64,000 nucleotides of DNA, taken from NCBI GenBank assembly GCA_965646995.1, contig CBFGBH010000003.1, forward strand, positions 3,533 to 67,532, in the 5' to 3' direction. Made by a program: the position numbers and the translations under genes. This document shows, piece by piece, positions 30,021 through 38,703 of this stretch. The stretch comes from Candidatus Onthoplasma sp. (GTDB lineage: Bacteria; Bacillota; Clostridia; Christensenellales; UBA1242). The notes beneath the pieces are model-generated. The model was given only the letters and a program-made list of their open reading frames with translations. It did no database searches and had not been told where the DNA came from. Numbering within the stretch: the stretch's first letter is position 1; each line of letters opens with the position of its first letter.

Positions 30021-31382
30021 CTATGGTGTCAATCTATCCACACCACGATAGATATAAGTCACTTCTCTAACATTGGAATATCCTAACAATATCATTAAGA
30101 TTCGCGTGAGTCCCAGCGCAAATCCGCCGTGTGGTGGCATACCGTAATTAAATGTTTCGAGATATGCTTTCATACCCACTGGCAATTTCTCTTCTAGAAT
30201 ATTACCCTGCTTATCTATCACATTTTTCGGAATAGCTCCTTTTTCCACTCCTTGACGAACTAATATTTCATACCTATGCTCGCGTTGTGCACCTGTAGTG
30301 ATCTCCAGTCCGCCCCACAATAAGTCGTATGAACAAGTTTTACTTTTGTCATCGACCTTATACATGTGATAGAACGGACGAATTGAGGTCGGAAATTCTG
30401 TGATAAATACAAACTGACTACCATAAGTATTAAGAGCATATTCGCCTATCATTTTCTCAGCAGTTGGGTCTAAATCTCCCTTCGTCTCTGGTGGTATAGT
30501 ATACCCCATACTCTCGACTATCTTTCTCGCCTCTGCCATTGGAATGCGTGGAAATGGAAGTGTTGGAACTATTACTTCTTGCCCTAAGATATTCTTTATC
30601 TCTTCGCCATGTTTCTCTTTTACTTTCTTTAGTGTGTATTGCAAAATTTCTTCTTCGAATTTCATTACATCTTCGTACGAATTAATCCATGCGAGCTCGA
30701 AGTCAATAGATGTGAATTCTGTATCATGTCTAGAAGTGTGCGATTTATTCGCTCTAAATACTGGTCCTATCTCGAATACTTTCTCAAAGCCAGACGCAAT
30801 AGCCATCTGTTTATATAATTGTGGGCTCTGCGCTAAATACGCTTTGCCACCGAAATAGTCTAGTGAGAACAACTCTGCACCCGACTCACTCGGACTACCA
30901 ACTAATTTCGGAGAATGAATTTCTATAAACTCGTGGGTAGTCAAATATTCACGCATAGCCATCTCTAAAGTAGTCTGAACACGGAATATAAGTTGATGTT
31001 CTTTGCTCCTAAGGTCTAGAAATCTCCAGTCGAGACGCAAATCTCTATTCGACTCACTAAAATCTGTCATATCTATAGGCAATGGACTATTAGCCAAGTT
31101 CGCTATCTCTATCTCTGTAGGCAGTATCTCTACGCCATTGAGTTTCACAAAATCACTGACATTGACTTCACCCTTGATTTTCACTGATGACTCAGGTGTC
31201 AAAGTAGAGACAATTTCATTTAATTTTGCATGAGCTTCATCTTTGAATATCGTCACTTGTATACTCTCAGTAATATCATATATTACTAAAAATTGCATTT
31301 TCTTTAAATCTCTAATTTGTTTCACAAATCCGCGAATCTCTACAATCTCGCCATGATGTTTTTTTACTTCATTAATTTTCAT
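30021..31382 (-). CDS. aspS: Aspartate--tRNA ligase, short archaeal/eukaryal-like (type 2) form
   Basis: 453 aa. Signatures: LAQSPQLYKQM, IGPVFRANKSHTSRHDTEFTSIDFE, GGFALGLTRILMILLG. AAGGAGA SD present. The upstream T-box has an Asp specifier. Confidence 0.8.
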   Translation of the reverse strand: MKINEVKKHHGEIVEIRGFVKQIRDLKKMQFLVIYDITESIQVTIFKDEAHAKLNEIVSTLTPESSVKIKGEVNVSDFVKLNGVEILPTEIEIANLANSPLPIDMTDFSESNRDLRLDWRFLDLRSKEHQLIFRVQTTLEMAMREYLTTHEFIEIHSPKLVGSPSESGAELFSLDYFGGKAYLAQSPQLYKQMAIASGFEKVFEIGPVFRANKSHTSRHDTEFTSIDFELAWINSYEDVMKFEEEILQYTLKKVKEKHGEEIKNILGQEVIVPTLPFPRIPMAEARKIVESMGYTIPPETKGDLDPTAEKMIGEYALNTYGSQFVFITEFPTSIRPFYHMYKVDDKSKTCSYDLLWGGLEITTGAQREHRYEILVRQGVEKGAIPKNVIDKQGNILEEKLPVGMKAYLETFNYGMPPHGGFALGLTRILMILLGYSNVREVTYIYRGVDRLTP

Positions 31383-31544
31383 TTTTTTCTCCTTAATTTT
31401 TATAATTCATTTAGACCAAAAGGTGTTTTTTATTAATCATGTAGCAACCAAATCTAATAGCATCTCGACCATACCATTATCGTTCAATGTCAAATTTACT
31501 TATACTTCTATGCGATATTTGGTTTTTAAATACTCATCTACCTT

Positions 31545-31900
31545 AAAAAACAAAAAACTCCTAATGCAATATCGCATTAGGACGAATAACTTATATCCGC
31601 GGTGCCACCTAATTTGCCGAGCATCTCGCCCTATTACTGATTTGCTCATGAATTCGCAAATACTAGTCTTTTGGGCGGATGCTCGGCTCAACCCTACTTC
31701 GACCTTCGTCTCGCAGGGAACCCTTTAACTTTTCTCGCCCTATTACTGATTTGCACTAGTAATAGATATCACTCAGCCACTCTTTACTTCTCAGACTCCA
31801 AAGTGTCCTTCGTCATAACTCTTCACAGCGAACTCTCACCTACATCGCCTCTCTCATGAGCCTCTATTATGATTACTCTCTTTTTCATCGTCTGATTTCT
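31545..31900 (-). promoter_or_regulatory. T-box riboswitch leader (tRNA-Asp specifier GAC) with intrinsic terminator, controlling aspS-asnS
   Basis: Read on the minus strand:
- T-box sequence AAATTAGGTGGCACCGCGG (31615-31597).
- Terminator TCCTAATGC / GCATTAGGA plus GTTTTTTGTTTTTT (31582-31545).
- Stem I base CAGAC/GTCTG with a GATGA...GGA K-turn.
- AGAGA bulge.
- GGTGAGA distal loop closed by GGCGA/TCGCT.
- Specifier loop ...GAAG-GAC-A followed directly by the CTTT helix (GAC = 31807-31805).
- Stem III of about 15 bp, GCCGAGCATCCGCCC / GGGCGAGATGCTCGGC (31689-31616). Confidence 0.88.
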
Positions 31901-31906
31901 AATTAA

Positions 31907-31935
31907 ATCATACATCTTATAATATTTTTTGTCAA
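31907..31935 (-). promoter_or_regulatory. Promoter of the T-box/aspS-asnS transcript
   Basis: Minus strand: TTGACA (31935-31930), 17 nt, TATGAT (31912-31907). Confidence 0.6.
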
Positions 31936-31950
31936 GAATAAATTAAATAT

Positions 31951-32865
31951 TTATTTTAAAAATCCTTGAATTATTCTATCTTCGGCTTCTTTTTCACTCA
32001 ATCCTAATGTCATGAGTTTCGTTATCTGCTCGCTTGCTATTTTACCAATAGCAGCCTCATGTGATAGACTTGCCAAATTCGACTCAGCACACACCTTGGG
32101 TATAGAGATAATCTTTGCTCTATCTAGTAGAATACCATCACATTCCACATGTCCGAAACACTCATTTTTGCCTATTAGATTTGATTTGAAACTCTGCTCA
32201 CTCTCTCCTCGAGCTACACTGCGAGATATAATATTACACTTGCTATTTCTGCCTAGCATTGTGACTTTGAAATCAGTCTTAGCAATATTGAATCTATCGG
32301 TCAAAATCTTCTCATTAATATTAAGTACTGCGTCTTCTTCTAATTTGGCTGTCGTCTTTCTATTTGAATAATCTACTCCACCTAATTGTGTAGTATTCAT
32401 AGTCATAATACTACTTTCACCTAATTGGACTATTGTAGTCGGATTAAGTGTCTTATGCTCACCTTTACCTAAAGCTATATGATTCTCTATATAAGTCACT
32501 TGCGCATTCTTGCCTATATGGAAAGTATGAATGCCTTCATGCCCACTATCGCCTGTAGAATGCACTCCACAACCTGCCACAATAGTAACAATAGCATTGT
32601 CTTCTATATAAAAATCATTATAAACTAAGTCATGCAAACCATTTTCGCTCACTATGACGGGTATATGGCAGGATTCATTCTGACAGGATGAATGGATATA
32701 AATATTAATTCCTGATTTGTCTTGCTTTTTCTTAATCTCGATATGAGCGGTGGAACGGACTATCTCTCCCTTACCATTTCTCCTAAACGAAACTGCACCA
32801 TCTGGAATCTCATGAAGTGAAGCTATTTGCATAAGCAAATCTTGACTAAGTTTATCTAGTTTCAT
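31951..32865 (-). CDS. SufB/SufD-family Fe-S cluster assembly protein (304 aa)
   Basis: The C-terminus GHVECDGILLD...SIPKVCAESNLASLSHEAAIGKIASEQITKLMTLGLSEKEAEDRIIQGFL matches the SufBD signature. I chose ATG 32865 (GGAGGTGGAA-ATG) rather than the track's GTG at 32871. It overlaps sufC by 14 nt. Confidence 0.75.
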   Translation of the reverse strand: MKLDKLSQDLLMQIASLHEIPDGAVSFRRNGKGEIVRSTAHIEIKKKQDKSGINIYIHSSCQNESCHIPVIVSENGLHDLVYNDFYIEDNAIVTIVAGCGVHSTGDSGHEGIHTFHIGKNAQVTYIENHIALGKGEHKTLNPTTIVQLGESSIMTMNTTQLGGVDYSNRKTTAKLEEDAVLNINEKILTDRFNIAKTDFKVTMLGRNSKCNIISRSVARGESEQSFKSNLIGKNECFGHVECDGILLDRAKIISIPKVCAESNLASLSHEAAIGKIASEQITKLMTLGLSEKEAEDRIIQGFLK

Positions 32866-33568
32866 TTCCACCTCCAGATACGCGTGTGCACGACAGGTTA
32901 TTTATCTTTTTGAGTACAGATTTCGCTCGACCATACTCTTTCACACGACCTTTCTCTAGAATTAAAAGCTGGTCGGCACGCTCGAGTAGTCTCTGCTGAT
33001 GACTGACTACAATATATGATTTGTCCGTGTCAAAAAGATTATTTAATCGCTCAAAACTCCACAGGTCTATTCCAGCCTCTGGTTCATCGAAAATAATAGT
33101 ATTGCCCTTTTTCGCAATAGCGAGTGCCAGTTCAATTCGTTTCTGCTCTCCACCTGATAAGGTCTTATCATACTCTCGATTGATATAATCTTTAGCGCAA
33201 ATACCTACCTTAGACAGATATTCACACGCTTTCGGTACGGAATTACTATCATTCGATGCTATATCTATGAGCTCTTTCACTGTGATTCCCTTGAAAGTAA
33301 CTGGCTGTTGAAAGGCATAATTGATACCTAATTTTGCCCGTTCATCGATACCTAAATCAGTAATATCTACCCCATTAAAAATAACCTTGCCAGAAGTAGG
33401 TTTGATTATACCCATGATAATTTTAGTAAGAGTAGACTTCCCGCTACCATTATGTCCCGTGATAGCTGTCACTTGGTTGTCTAAAAAAGTATAGGTCACA
33501 TTATCTAACACGACCTTATCTAGTTCTCTGTCTTTAACAATGTATGTAATGTTTTTTAACTCTAACAT
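32852..33568 (-). CDS. sufC: Fe-S cluster assembly ATPase SufC
   Basis: 238 aa. Walker A GHNGSGKST, ERAKLGINYAFQQP, signature LSGGEQKRIELA, Walker B IIFDEPEAGID, H-loop VSHQQRLL. It is adjacent to the SufBD-family gene. Confidence 0.85.
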   Translation of the reverse strand: MLELKNITYIVKDRELDKVVLDNVTYTFLDNQVTAITGHNGSGKSTLTKIIMGIIKPTSGKVIFNGVDITDLGIDERAKLGINYAFQQPVTFKGITVKELIDIASNDSNSVPKACEYLSKVGICAKDYINREYDKTLSGGEQKRIELALAIAKKGNTIIFDEPEAGIDLWSFERLNNLFDTDKSYIVVSHQQRLLERADQLLILEKGRVKEYGRAKSVLKKINNLSCTRVSGGGNETR

Positions 33569-33649
33569 ACTATCTCCGTAATAATATTATCACTTAATTA
33601 AAAAAAAATCAATCCACAATGTATTATTAACTAGAATTTATCTATCAAA

Positions 33650-33682
33650 TATAAAAAAAGTACAGAGTAATCTATACTTTCT
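33650..33682 (-). terminator. Candidate intrinsic terminator ending the SipW operon
   Basis: Minus strand: AAAGTA, 12-nt loop, TACTTT, then TTTTT. It overlaps the stop of the 231-aa gene. Confidence 0.4.
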
Positions 33683-34367
33683 CAAAATATGCATGAACTT
33701 CCATTCTGAAATTATTTATATTCAATGTGTTCTGATATTCATAATCAATATATACGCCGAGTATAACATCTATTCTCTGCCCGCCTGAAATACATTCTTT
33801 TGAATACAAATAACCATCATGACCGTCATAAAAGAGTGACTTATTCGGTTCGTGATAAACCAGATTTTTTATCTTTTCTTCACCTTGGAATACATTTACT
33901 ACAAATCTAATATTATAATCTCCCGAAGTCTGAATATCTAAGTCTACATCAAAATCAAAGCGTACATTGCCACGAATATCCGTTGGTGTTCTAAACCTTT
34001 TGACCTGCATGCCATCTACGAAAAAGCTAGCACCAACATCGCCATGTGTATATAAAAATACGTTGTTTTGTCTATAAATACTCGCAGCTACTAGACAGAC
34101 TGTTATGATTGAAATTATTAAGAAAATTGCGAGTATCACTATTAACACTCTATTTCTGACCGACCTACTTCGATAGTTTTTGATATTCTGTTCGTTAATT
34201 GAGGTTAAATCTTCTAATGCTTTGGTACTGGTCTTTATTCTACTCTTAGGAGAATCGTCGATTTTATTTTCTGAATTAACGTCTGAAAGATTTGACTTGC
34301 TACCATATCTATTCAGCAAATCTTTGAATTGTTCGTTATAGAAATTTTTTGAATTTCTATCCGCCAT
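33672..34367 (-). CDS. Single-pass membrane protein (231 aa), last gene of the SipW operon
   Basis: Start set at ATG 34367 (MADRNSK..., AGGAGAGAAA-ATG). About 85 aa of polar N-terminus, then TM RVLIVILAIFLIISIITVCLVAASIY, then a ~125-aa beta-rich C-terminal domain. Confidence 0.65.
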   Translation of the reverse strand: MADRNSKNFYNEQFKDLLNRYGSKSNLSDVNSENKIDDSPKSRIKTSTKALEDLTSINEQNIKNYRSRSVRNRVLIVILAIFLIISIITVCLVAASIYRQNNVFLYTHGDVGASFFVDGMQVKRFRTPTDIRGNVRFDFDVDLDIQTSGDYNIRFVVNVFQGEEKIKNLVYHEPNKSLFYDGHDGYLYSKECISGGQRIDVILGVYIDYEYQNTLNINNFRMEVHAYFEKV

Positions 34368-34377
34368 TTTCTCTCCT

Positions 34378-34992
34378 TTAATATACTTTGATATCAACTA
34401 CCATCTTAATGTTTTCACAATTTAGATTGGCAAAAGTCTCATTATAATTAATCTTAAAACTCGTCATTATGTTTGAATTACTCGTCTTATCATAAGCAGT
34501 TACATTGCCTAAATTGTCTCTATAATAATAGTAACCATCTGTAGAATCTAAAACAAAGCCACCTTTTGTACTACTAGGGGATGAAAACCCCATGATATCG
34601 CTATCTAATAATTTATCTTCATTCGTATCACTAGCATATAAAGTCACTTTAAAACGGACTTTAAATTCTTCTGAGCCATTATCTTCATTTTTTAATACTA
34701 ACTTCAACGAATAATCCGTATCCGGTAAAATTTCACGCGAACCCTCACTATCGTTTATATCAATAAAAGTGGCATTGTCCTCTAATAGATTTATTAATGT
34801 CTCATTATTTGATTTGTCCACTTGATATAGATTAAAATTCAAATTATCCACCGTAACTACCAGTTGAATCTTCCGATTACTGCCTGAAGTAAACCATGCG
34901 CTAGAATAACCTAAAAGAGCGAGAGAAAAACATAGCAGTACTAATAATACTGAAATAATTGTAATAGGCAATACATTTGCTCTTCTCTTCAT
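34378..34992 (-). CDS. Small secreted protein with SipW-type (TasA/camelysin-like) signal peptide (204 aa)
   Basis: Start set at ATG 34992, which overlaps the upstream stop (ATAATG). The N-terminus is MKRRANVLPITIISVLLVLLCFSLALLGYSSAWFTSGS, that is, an h-region followed by the A-W-F-T-S motif typical of SipW-dependent signal peptides. Confidence 0.65.
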   Translation of the reverse strand: MKRRANVLPITIISVLLVLLCFSLALLGYSSAWFTSGSNRKIQLVVTVDNLNFNLYQVDKSNNETLINLLEDNATFIDINDSEGSREILPDTDYSLKLVLKNEDNGSEEFKVRFKVTLYASDTNEDKLLDSDIMGFSSPSSTKGGFVLDSTDGYYYYRDNLGNVTAYDKTSNSNIMTSFKINYNETFANLNCENIKMVVDIKVY

Positions 34993-35642
34993 TATCTCCA
35001 ACTCTCTAAATATCCCCATTCGTCATTAAACTCGCTCTTGTATGCTTCGTTCGCTGACTGAACTGCCTTATAAGTAATCACGACTCTAAACTCTGAATTT
35101 AACATTTCTACAGGGGCATTCGCAAGCAGTGTCATGCCTGTTGCGAAACTATAATTTAGCCCTGCACTTATAGCATCATTCATATAATATATCACATTAG
35201 TTTCAGTCTCGCCAACAATAGTTTTTTTACTCACAAAACTAGAGTTCACACTTAACTCAAAATATCTACCATAATTAGTAGTATTATCATCAGTCTTGAA
35301 AGCGTCTACCTTAAAGCGAATATAACAATCGCACGAGTCTCTTGAAGTATTAAAATTTAAGCTCGATATAGTCTGTCCATCTGTAGTCAAAAAACCAAAT
35401 TTTACTCCTCGTCTGATACTTGAACTAGGTATTACTTCATACTCTTCAGTATCAATAACTATAGGAGAATTAGCCCCAACCGTGTATGAGAATTTGACAT
35501 CGAGATTAGCAAAAGTCAAATCTCCTTTTTTAGTAGCAGTGGATGTGAAATACGAATATGTGATATTGAAAGCACACAAAACAATCAGCGTCAGTATGAC
35601 GATGTAAGTTATAATATTGGTATTCTTACTCGTATGTTTCAT
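34992..35642 (-). CDS. Small secreted protein with SipW-type (TasA/camelysin-like) signal peptide (216 aa)
   Basis: MKHTSKNTNIITYIVILTLIVLCAFNITYSYFTSTATKKGDLTF. The C-terminal VVITYKAVQSANEAY resembles the conserved ...A.QA.N end of TasA/CalY-like proteins. Confidence 0.65.
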   Translation of the reverse strand: MKHTSKNTNIITYIVILTLIVLCAFNITYSYFTSTATKKGDLTFANLDVKFSYTVGANSPIVIDTEEYEVIPSSSIRRGVKFGFLTTDGQTISSLNFNTSRDSCDCYIRFKVDAFKTDDNTTNYGRYFELSVNSSFVSKKTIVGETETNVIYYMNDAISAGLNYSFATGMTLLANAPVEMLNSEFRVVITYKAVQSANEAYKSEFNDEWGYLESWR

Positions 35643-35647
35643 CTTTT

Positions 35648-38062
35648 TTATTTAAAATATTTTTCTAAAATATCTAGTATTTCGTTCGGCCAATCTGGTA
35701 AATCCGTTCTATTAAATGTGTCCGTCGCAACCACACTCTCGAATCTAAAATCGGTTTTAGCGTTCATTGATATTTTTACAACCTGACCTGAGCGAATAAT
35801 ACCTATATAGTAATTGTACTCACCTAGAGACTTGATATTATTCATACCATCCACTAATGTTCCATTGAATCTAACATAATAGTCGTCATTCGAATTGTTG
35901 ACAATGTATGCACCCTTGCTACCTGCATTTACGACTACAATACTATCAGGTGTAGATGCTTGACTAGCACTGACAGTATTGTTTGCGCTCCTGAATCTGA
36001 TATTATTAGTAGAGCGACCATCTATAACATTCGTCCCACCAATATTGGTCCTAAATGACAATATGTCCTTTCTTTCGTTTGGTTGCAGTGCAATACTAGA
36101 TGAGAATTGTCTACTATCGTCAGGATTAACTGTAAAACCATTATATAATGTATACGAACTCAAAGTAACAGATGCCCAAGTATAAGTAAGTGAATAATAG
36201 TAATTTTCTTCACTATTATAATTAGGGTTGAGATTTCTGACAAATCCGCCATTAGACTCACGATAATAATATTTCCAGTATGTACCGCTCCACTCCGCAC
36301 TATCTATTGTAGTAGCAATATTGGATAGAACCGGTGTATACATCTCTATCGCTAAATTAGCTGTAATGCCTGTAAATACTTTATTTTGATTATTTTTCAC
36401 ACTGAATGTAATGATTGCTTGGTTATTGCTATTTGTAATTGAGGTCTCTATAGACAGCCCAGAATCGTCACTCTCCACTACACTGGTAGTAATCTCTACT
36501 ACCAACTCCACCCAACTATCATACTTACCTATTATGGTACTGAAATTGGAACCCACCCGATATTCTTCTATGATATTTTTAGTCGTATAAGCTGGAATAA
36601 TTGTACTTGTACTATTAATGGATATATAACTATCATCTAATATTCCTGTCTCTCTATACCAATACACTCCGTCAAAGGTATAATCGGATAGATCACTTCC
36701 AGTATATTGAGTACTCTGACCATTACTACGATAGTACTTTAATTTGAAATTAACATCTGTAATAACCAAAGTATCGCTAGTATTGTTGGTCACGCTAATA
36801 TTGGTGATATATGTCTGCTCCGGAGCATTCCCACGCTCGCTATTATATAAATCTGCACGATATTTAGTATAATTAATAATGGTATAATCTGGTCTGGTAT
36901 ATTGTTTATTAGCTACATGCGATGAACTATTAATATTGCCTATTGCAATTCCTTCATCAAAACTCGAGAAAACAGTATCGTTGATATTAATATTAGACAC
37001 GACCAAAGAATAAGACGAATAGTCGGTCTGCTCTAATGTGTGACGCAAAGTGACTTCAATGCTGTCAACAAGATTAATGTAGGCTGTAGTATTTGCTGGT
37101 ATAGTGTAATCATAATTAAATACTCCATAATCAGCATCCACACCTGTAGAAGCTCTGACCCAATCGGAAGAATAATTCATCTTGATATTATTATCAAAAA
37201 CGACATTATCTCCACCAGATAAAGAATCTCCAGCAGAATTTCTCCATGTACCTACGACTTTGGCAGTAAGTGTATACGCTGAATTGCCCGTAACTATATA
37301 CAAACCTATCCCCGCGTATCGCGTATTGCCATATAATTTGAACATATTGGTTATATTATTGTCCGCATCTAATACTTTGCCATACGCTGTAATCGCACCC
37401 GGATGCAAGATACCATGGCTAATGTCATAGCGCGAATTATATACCATGACATATGCTTTATCTAATGAACTAGCATTTTTAGCTTTTAGCCACATATCTC
37501 TACTCGGAGAATTGATACCGCTACATAATGGATGTGATTCATCATATGCTTTGGTTTTAGCTTTATAAATCTTCACATCAATTATATTAATCTGTAAACT
37601 CTCTCCATAATAGGTATTATCCAGCGCATCTTCAAAATCGACACCTGTAATTAAATTGATAGTATGTTTACCTAAAGGCACACTATTCACTAAATAAATA
37701 TATTGATTGTCTACTATTAAATTATCACGATTCGCAAAGTTTAATATGACATTATTAGTAGATAAACCATTAGACCATTCAAGAGAATATTTAACTCTAA
37801 TATCAATGTCGTAACTATACGATAACTCCAAACCTACTGAATAGTTGTGTGCACCTACGCTAAAAGGTATAGGATTGTCTATCGTGTCATTGATGATAGC
37901 ATAACCTTGTCTCGCCGTATAAGTGGTAGTGGACGCTGGATTGCTACCATAAGACAAACCTACACTAAAAGCGGAATAAACTTGACCCACTGAAAATGCA
38001 AAAATTCCGCCTAATATGGCGGCTAAAATATATAATATTCTAGTTTTAATTTTTGCTCTCAC
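35648..38062 (-). CDS. Large secreted protein (about 804 aa) with SipW-type signal peptide
   Basis: I prefer GTG 38062, one nt after the sipW TAG stop and with GAGGAGA 10 nt upstream. That gives MRAKIKTRILYILAAILGGIFAFSVGQVYSAFSVG. The track's ATG 38092 would overlap sipW by 29 nt. The rest is Asn/Ser/Thr/Tyr-rich and beta-like, with no recognised domain. Confidence 0.65.
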   Translation of the reverse strand: MRAKIKTRILYILAAILGGIFAFSVGQVYSAFSVGLSYGSNPASTTTYTARQGYAIINDTIDNPIPFSVGAHNYSVGLELSYSYDIDIRVKYSLEWSNGLSTNNVILNFANRDNLIVDNQYIYLVNSVPLGKHTINLITGVDFEDALDNTYYGESLQINIIDVKIYKAKTKAYDESHPLCSGINSPSRDMWLKAKNASSLDKAYVMVYNSRYDISHGILHPGAITAYGKVLDADNNITNMFKLYGNTRYAGIGLYIVTGNSAYTLTAKVVGTWRNSAGDSLSGGDNVVFDNNIKMNYSSDWVRASTGVDADYGVFNYDYTIPANTTAYINLVDSIEVTLRHTLEQTDYSSYSLVVSNININDTVFSSFDEGIAIGNINSSSHVANKQYTRPDYTIINYTKYRADLYNSERGNAPEQTYITNISVTNNTSDTLVITDVNFKLKYYRSNGQSTQYTGSDLSDYTFDGVYWYRETGILDDSYISINSTSTIIPAYTTKNIIEEYRVGSNFSTIIGKYDSWVELVVEITTSVVESDDSGLSIETSITNSNNQAIITFSVKNNQNKVFTGITANLAIEMYTPVLSNIATTIDSAEWSGTYWKYYYRESNGGFVRNLNPNYNSEENYYYSLTYTWASVTLSSYTLYNGFTVNPDDSRQFSSSIALQPNERKDILSFRTNIGGTNVIDGRSTNNIRFRSANNTVSASQASTPDSIVVVNAGSKGAYIVNNSNDDYYVRFNGTLVDGMNNIKSLGEYNYYIGIIRSGQVVKISMNAKTDFRFESVVATDTFNRTDLPDWPNEILDILEKYFK

Positions 38063-38063
38063 T

Positions 38064-38696
38064 CTATAACAATCTCCTCGCTTTGCGCACATCTAATTCA
38101 TTCTGTATTGAACTAGTCACACACCATAAGGCTATTACCATAGCTATAAATAGAAGTTTATGCTCACTGATAAATGTCAGTTTTGCACCCCATTGTTTTA
38201 GTGACGTGATTACTCTTCCCTCTATCTCAGATGAACGAACGAACTGAACATTGACCACCTTGCTAGTAGCCTCTTTATATGTCATATTTGACATATCTAT
38301 ATTCTTGATTATATCTGCCTGTTCCTGCCATGTGTACTTTGTAGAATCCGAGCCATCTACCGCTTGAACAGCATCGCCATGACAAAGATAATATGTATTA
38401 CCTTCAATTTTTTTAATAGCTAATAATCTATGTACAGTAGGCAGATTCGCACTCTGTGAAAATTTAAGTACATCGCCAACTTTATATTCTTTCTCTGCTT
38501 TCACTACTACTAAATCGCCCACACAATATACTGGAGTCATACTGCCTGTCAGAATGTTGTATGGTCTAAAGCGGAAACCATAGACCATAAGCAGACACCC
38601 TGCCAATACTATACATATAGAGAGAACTATATAATACAATAATTGCTTAAATATATCAAAAGCTTTGTTCTCTAAAATCGAATCGTTATACTTCAT
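38064..38696 (-). CDS. sipW: Signal peptidase I, ER/archaeal (SipW) type
   Basis: 210 aa. N-terminal TM; catalytic-Ser box ILTGSMTPVY; GDLVVVK...GDVLKF; His box PTVHRLLAI, indicating a Ser/His rather than Ser/Lys architecture. C-terminal TM LLFIAMVIALWCVTSSI. GAGGGAGT-ATG lies directly after the upstream stop. Confidence 0.8.
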   Translation of the reverse strand: MKYNDSILENKAFDIFKQLLYYIVLSICIVLAGCLLMVYGFRFRPYNILTGSMTPVYCVGDLVVVKAEKEYKVGDVLKFSQSANLPTVHRLLAIKKIEGNTYYLCHGDAVQAVDGSDSTKYTWQEQADIIKNIDMSNMTYKEATSKVVNVQFVRSSEIEGRVITSLKQWGAKLTFISEHKLLFIAMVIALWCVTSSIQNELDVRKARRLL

Positions 38697-38703
38697 ACTC
38701 CCT

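Noticed and set aside
30544-31233. Plus-strand ORFs inside aspS (30544-30858, 31003-31233), and similar antisense ORFs inside sufBD, cysS, the ABC genes, the SipW operon, dnaB and dnaI.
   Set aside because: These are antisense shadows of confidently identified genes, with no independent signals.
31423-31859. Three ORFs (31423-31728 plus, 31500-31691 minus, 31671-31859 plus) upstream of aspS.
   Set aside because: They overlap the T-box leader RNA and its terminator, have no SD, and the sequence is fully explained by riboswitch structure.
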